Part shown: positions 57,700-64,000 of the stretch, one piece after another
Layout of the letters: every line of letters begins with the position of its first letter
How positions within the stretch are numbered: position 1 is the stretch's first letter
From: Octopus vulgaris
Taxonomy: Eukaryota
NCBI GenBank assembly: GCA_951406725.2
Contig: OX597836.1
Span: forward strand, 5,208,001-5,272,000
Direction of reading: 5' to 3'
Length of the DNA: 64,000 nt
Position numbers and translations under genes: made by a program
The notes under the pieces: model-generated
Seen by the model: the letters and a program-made list of their open reading frames with translations, nothing else
What the model was told of the DNA's origin: nothing
Database searches by the model: none

Positions 57700-58350
57700 C
57701 GACTTTAAATTTCGCACAAGGCCAGCAAATTTGGGGAAAGGAATGAGTCGACTACATCGACCCCAGTACACAACTGGTACATGTTTTATCGACTCTAAAA
57801 GGATGAAAGGCAAAATCGACCTCGGCAAAATTTGAATTCAGGACACATAGAAGGACGAAATGCCGCTAAGCATTTTTACCAGCTTATAATAATAATGACC
57901 CTTTATACTAAAGGCGCAAGGCCTGAAAATTTGTGAGGAGGGGGCTAGTCGATTACATCTACCCCCAGTGTTTAACTGGTACTTATTTTATCGATTCTGA
58001 AAGGATGAAGGGCGAAGTCGACCTCGGAGGAATTTGAGCTCTGAAGGTAAAAGGCGGATGAAACGACGCTGAACATTTTGTCTGGCATCCTAACGATTCT
58101 CCCAGCTCACCGCCTTGCATAATAATAATATTAATGGCTTCAAATTTTTAGCACAAGACAAGCAATTTTAGTGGGAGATATCAGTTGATAACATCGACTA
58201 CAGTATTCAACTAATACTTACTTTATGGATCTCTGGAAAGATGAAAGGCAATATCGACCTCGGCGGAATTTGAAAACGGTAAAAAGCGGAAGAGATGCCG
58301 TCAAGCGTTTTGAGCGCAGTACTTATAATTCTGACAGCTCATCGCCTTAC
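57700..58350 (-). mobile_element. Three head-to-tail SINE family 3 copies separated by short (AAT)n
   Basis: GATGAAAGGCAAAxTCGACCTCGG core at about 57800, 58000 and 58240. Confidence 0.85.
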
Positions 58351-58752
58351 ACGATAATAATATTAATAAGAGGACTCAAGAGAGCGCAAACCTCTGCCCA
58401 GGTAACACCAACGTTCAGTTCCGCTGCATGGTATTTTGAGCAAGTGTCTTCTACTATAGCCTCGGGCCGAGCAAACCCTTTGTGCACGAGCCCAGACGCT
58501 AGTTAAATCGAAATGGTGCGAGTATTATTTCCGTAGTATGGAACGTTTAGACATGCCGCCAGCACAAAGTTCTCTCACCATTTTGCATGTAGTCATAGAC
58601 AATGATTGAGCTTCATTCTGGTTTTGCTTCGTGTACGAAATATTAACAAGTCACAAAATTGCCGAAACATTAACGTTTGCTTCTCCTGGTTTCGCTGTAT
58701 TAAATTGTAGACAAGCACGCAAGCAAGCAATTCCAGAGTGTTAGTAGTATAT

Positions 58753-59118
58753 ACTTTCTATTATAGGCACAAGGCCTAAAATTTCAGTGGAGGCATCTTG
58801 CTGATTATATCGAAGCAGGTACTTGAATGATCCTTATTGGCGCAATTTGAACCCCGAATGTGAAGCCTGAAGAATTTGCCTCTAAGTATTGTGTCCAGTC
58901 TGCTTATGATTCTGTCACCTCGTCGCCTTATAATCATTTCAAATTTTGGTACAATGCCAGCATTGGCAGGGAGGGAAAGTAGTTAGTCGATTGCATCGAC
59001 CCCAGTACACAACTGGTACTTATTGTATCGACTCCGAAAAGATCAATGGCTAATCTGTCCTCAGAGGGTTTTGAACTAACAGCAAGAATACTAACGCTTT
59101 CGCCAGTTCGTCACCTCA
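58753..59118 (-). mobile_element. Two more head-to-tail SINE family 3 copies
   Basis: GGCACAAGGCC... and TCGACCCCAGTACACAACTGGTACTTA. Confidence 0.7.
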
Positions 59119-59119
59119 C

Positions 59120-59215
59120 TAAATAATGATAATAATAATAATAATAATAATGATAATAATAATAATAATAATAACAATAATAATAACAATAATAATAATA
59201 ATAATAATAATAATG

Positions 59216-59273
<58 letters not shown>

Positions 59274-59338
59274 TAGTAATAATAATAGTAATAATAATAA
59301 ATAATAATAACAATAATAATAGCAATAATAATAATAAT
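59120..59338. repeat. (AAT)n microsatellite
   Basis: Directly visible. Confidence 0.92.
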
Positions 59339-60190
59339 CGGTAATTTTGTTTTCATTTCCGTGTAAATTGTATAGAAATGGTAATTGATCATAATAACTT
59401 GATTACAATAATGAAACAACAACCAAAATTAGATCACTGGAGAGTTGTTTTCGCGTTTCCGTTTTTCTTTTTTCTCATAAAATCTTAATTTCATTGTCTT
59501 TCTTCATAGATTGCGTGTGACGTCATTGATCAATTAGGATGGCATTGAAGAACATTCTCGCACTTCTTTTTCTTAAAACTTTCTACTTCTTAGATTTTTC
59601 CATATTTTGTTGTAAAAATTAATGGGAAGTTGGCTCAGTAAATACCGAACAGCTACTGCACACAACGGATCGAATGCCACTTCATTCGAAAATATGAATC
59701 TATAATTGTTAATATTATTTTTCTTCAGTCACTGGACTTTCGCCATGCTGCAGCGCCACCTGGAAGGACTTGACCAACAAATCGCCCCCTGTATATATCA
59801 ATTTAAGTGTTGTACTAATTTCTACGATCTCGTTTACGGTCTCGTTTGCGAACACAAATCAAAACCAGTTGTCAGTATGTGGGCGACTGGAGGACAGACA
59901 CAGACATTAACACAATACACACGCGCATGCGCACACACTCAAACACACATATGTCAGAAGGACTTGTCTCTCATGTCAGCCTTACCGCTTCATTTAGGTG
60001 AAGAGAAGATGGCCACTCCGAAATGCAAGCTTCTCAAACTTTGGTGAAATGCTACGCTGAGCTGAATCGCTGAATTTATACCTAATTGTCTACATAGATG
60101 GATTTTCCCCATAACAAATACGGTCAATGGGGCTCTTACGGGTTCGCATAGTCATCATGCATATGTCAACTAATATCATATTTGTACCTA

Positions 60191-60416
60191 TCTATTCTTT
60201 CACTTGTTTCAGTCATTTGACTGCGGCCATGCTGAAGCACCGCATTTAGCCGAACAAATCGTCCGCATGAATTATTCTTTGTAAGTCTAGTACTTACTCT
60301 ATTAGTCGTTTTTGCCGAACTGCTATGTTGCAAGGACATAAATATACCAACATCGATTTTGAGGCGACGGTGGCGAGACAAACACAAAAACATAGATACA
60401 TACATACATATTTATG

Positions 60417-60464
<48 letters not shown>

Positions 60465-60540
60465 CATACATATATATATTTATATGTATGATATATATAT
60501 GTATGTATATACATACATATATACATATATACATATATAC

Positions 60541-60604
<64 letters not shown>

Positions 60605-60790
60605 CCGACGACCTTTCAGGTTCCATCTACCAAAGCCTTGTTAAAAGATTTGTTTGGTAGTTTCTGCCTACCAAATCCACTCACAAGTGTCTTTGGTCGG
60701 ACCGAGGCTATAATAAAAGACACTTGCGCAATGTACCAAGCAGTGGGACTGGAACCAGAACCATGTGGTTCAGAAGCAAGCTTCTTACAA
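60191..60790 (-). mobile_element. SINE family 1, full length with internal (TA)n and a small internal rearrangement
   Basis: TTGTTTCAGTCATTTGACTGCGGCCATGCTG...; CTACCAAATCCACTCACAAG...GAACCATGTGGTT. Confidence 0.82.
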
Positions 60791-61107
60791 TACGGACCTA
60801 TAATCCTCTAAGATAATCTAGCAGCTTAGTTCTCCGGTTTATACCAGTGTTCAGTGAAAACTAAATATATGTGTTTTGCATTAGTACATGGAAAATTTTC
60901 GGAAATTCTTCCCTTATGAATTACCCAATAAACCAGCTTCAAAATGAAAATTTGAATTAAATTAACTTGATTCAATTCAATTTAATTTCTGTAATTGAAA
61001 TACCTGGATATGGAAACTGCTGTAGGACTGGAATTTCATTAAATGGATTTAAATATCTTTAAATAAACTGTCTGCGTCTCAATATCTCCGTTTTCTTTTT
61101 GTCCTCA

Positions 61108-61158
<51 letters not shown>

Positions 61159-61222
61159 TCGGGATGAGTACTTGATAATTATAAGCACCTGTGTATACCG
61201 TTTGGTGGTGTAGGTGGTGGAG

Positions 61223-61581
61223 TAAATTGATCAAAATAAAAACCATGATACGAAGGATTCAGCGGTACATATGTTTCGGGCCTTTATTAGACAGATTTAT
61301 AACAATGCATAATGTATGTCTGTGGCCTTCTTCAGCCGCGCACACCAGCTTCCACAAGGACATGTGTTACATCAAAAAAGACATGTGTTACATAAAAAAA
61401 TTTTTGATGTAACACATGTCCTTGTGGAACCAAGAATTTTTGATGTAACACATGTCTTGTGAAGCTGTGTGCGCCTGAAAGCAGACATACATTATGCATT
61501 GTTATAAATCTGTCTTATAAAGGCCCGAAACATATGTACCGCTGAATCCTTCGCATCATGTTTTTTATATTGATCAATTTA
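61223..61581. repeat. Inverted repeat, ~150-bp arms, with nested duplicated centre
   Basis: About 61223-61378 versus 61437-61581; centre repeats GACATGTGTTACAT in both orientations. Confidence 0.9.
61262..61339 (-). ncRNA. Type I hammerhead motif, family E
   Basis: Minus strand GCGG-CTGAAGA-AGGCC-ACAGA...TCTGT...GGCCC-GAAACATATGTA-CCGC; stem I GCGG/CCGC, palindromic ACATATGT, GUA site. Confidence 0.8.
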
Positions 61582-61604
61582 TATATATATATATATATAT
61601 ATAT

Positions 61605-61715
61605 AGATTGATAGCTAGAGGGAGACAGATAGATAGATAGACAGATAGATAGATAGTTAGATAAATATATGAATAGATAGATAGATAGATAGATAAATAA
61701 ATAGATAGATAGTTT

Positions 61716-61794
<79 letters not shown>

Positions 61795-61821
61795 GGATGG
61801 ATAGATAGAGAAATTGATGGG

Positions 61822-61910
<89 letters not shown>

Positions 61911-62000
61911 GGATAGATAGATGGATGGATAGATAGAGAAATTGATGGGTAGATAGATAGATGGATGGATAGATAGAGAAATTGATGGATAGATAGATAG
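61605..62000. repeat. (GATA)n array with recurring GAGAAATTGATGG interruption
   Basis: Directly visible; interruption seen three times. Confidence 0.9.
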
Positions 62001-62133
62001 CCGGTTCCTATATCGTTTCCTTCTTACAATTACAAGACACTGAAACCCAAAGTGTGTTTCCAAACCGCGTCATTCTTTTCTAAGGCATTCTGGGTCTGTA
62101 TGAATGAGATGTAGCTATTATTTTTAGTAGAAT

Positions 62134-62312
62134 GGGCGCTGGGCTGTCAGAATCGTTGGCACACCGAGTAATATGCTTGGCGGCATTTCGTCCATTGTTA
62201 CATTATGAGTTCAGAATTTCGTCCTTTAGGAGACGATAAAGCTAGTACCATTTGAACACTGGACTTTCACCTCCTCCAAAATGGCTGGTCGTGTGCTATA
62301 AAGTGAACCCAT
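62134..62312 (+). mobile_element. SINE family 3, degenerate
   Basis: GGGCTGTCAGAATCGTTGGCACACCG...GCATTTCGTC...TGAGTTCA. Confidence 0.6.
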
Positions 62313-63431
62313 TACTTTTAGTAGTTCGCTTGATCAGCTAGATGTTTTATAGATAGAATGACACGGTATAATGTACATTTATTGTTCTAGATATTTTGTG
62401 ATTGCCAGGCAAAGGTTGAAAATTGTAAGATGGCAAAAAAAAATTCTAGATCAGAAAAATTGAAGCAAACGCACTGCGTCTCTGATTTTTGCAAAACTTC
62501 ATGTCACTGGTGATGATGATACTGTTGATATTATTTGCACCTTGACAGCTGTAAAGAAATGTGGAAGGAAAGAGAATTCTGTATTATTGACGACTTGGGA
62601 GAACGCGGGAGTCTAGAACCGATGATGCGAAGAAGGCAGAATTTGATATGGGAAACAGCTAGATATCACTGACAAACTGAGACTGATTGAGCATCTGTGA
62701 TACAAATAAATACGAAATAAATATCGGTGATCAATCACATAGCTTACTTTATTTTTGCTTTTCTCTAAATGGTGACGTCTACAACGTTCTAAGGTGTATG
62801 AGTTGTAGCGACCCAGATCTGAAAGTTAGCAGGATGAGTTATAATATATAACGACTCCAGTAAGCAGTTCAATCGATATACTGTGGAACTTTTGGACTCT
62901 GAATCCATTTACCTGTCTGAAAATTGGGTCAACTGACAACTGTTAGAGATTTAATAAAACTATGGAACAAAATTTTTCTTTTATGCCTTTGGTCGATAAA
63001 TCTTATTTCCTATGTTCTTCTATCTAGAAATCAAAGCAAATTACTACTATTCCCTTCAAACTTTGCTTTTGTGACTTGGACATCAATGTTTTGAATCTGA
63101 CTTATTTTCCATTACATTTCAAAGAGATTCAGCGCTGAGTTGCTGAAGCAGAAATATCGTTATAGCAAATAAACTGCTCAATACCACAGATTTGCTTGTC
63201 GGTTGCTTGATCTTAATCACTTGAGAATGTCAATAAGTGGATGATAATATGTGCGTTTCTGATAATGAGGATTCTTTGGGATTTAAATAAATGCATCAAA
63301 AGCAAAGCTTGAAGGAGATATTAGCCGTTTCTCATACATTCTTGGAGTAAGCACTTTGGAAATAACAGCTGTTATACAAGGACTAAAATCGTGTTACAGT
63401 GTAATTCATATATTCATACTTACTTTCCAGT

Positions 63432-63819
63432 GGAGGCGCAATGGCCCAGTGGTTAGGGCAGCGGACTCGCGGTCATAGGATCGCGGTTTCGATTCCCAGA
63501 CCGGGCGTTGTGAGTGTTTATTGAGCGAAAACACCTAAAAGTTCCACGAGGCTCCGGCAGGGGATGGTGGTGATCCCTGCTGTACTCTTTCACCACAACT
63601 TTCTTTCACTCTTACTTCCTGTTTCTGTTGTTGTACCTGTATTTCAAAGGGCCGGCCTTGTCACTCTCTGTGTCATGCTGAATATCCCCGAGAACTACGT
63701 TAAGGTTACACGTGTCTTTGGAGTGCTCAGCCACTTACACGTTAATTTCACGAGCAGGCTGTTCCGTTGATTCGGATCAACCGGAACCCTCGTCGTCGTA
63801 ACCGACGGAGTGCTTCCAT
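63432..63819 (+). mobile_element. SINE family 2, full-length young copy
   Basis: Near-identical to 13533-13919; 12-bp TSD TTACTTTCCAGT at 63420-63431 and 63820-63831. Confidence 0.93.
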
Positions 63820-64000
63820 TTACTTTCCAGTGAACCAATCTTCGTTTCGTTTAATTTTTGACATCACAATTACCAAGACGTCGCTAGAAGAACAACAATG
63901 TTTGGTTTTTTTAAGGATTATTTGCATCCAACATTTACACCTTATCTTAGTTTTTCCGTCGTTTCGACGATGACCGGGGAGAAAAAGATGGCAACCTCGG

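Noticed and set aside
62395-63400. Possible DNA transposon relic
   Set aside because: No TIR pair or transposase motif could be established.

Overview
AT-rich, microsatellite-saturated eukaryotic non-coding DNA (intron or intergenic). The SINE repertoire and repeat density point to a coleoid cephalopod, probably Octopus (inference). No host protein-coding gene is supported: nearly all listed ORFs are translations of (TA)n, (CA)n, (AAT)n, (GATA)n or (CATA)n. The remainder is transposon-derived: four tRNA-SINE families (two young copies with clean TSDs), 3' ends of two RLE (R4/Dong-like) LINEs, RTE remnants, an internally deleted Tc1/mariner carrying a nested TSD-flanked insertion, and mariner-derived MITEs. 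The main hidden signal is a set of at least five sequence-unrelated small elements, each carrying a type I hammerhead ribozyme motif of the Penelope-like (PLE) kind. They sit against (TA)n tracts and repeatedly form fold-backs with an inverted copy of their own 3' tail; one is adjacent to a degenerate PLE C-terminal coding fragment. All calls were made by eye and coordinates of degenerate copies are approximate.
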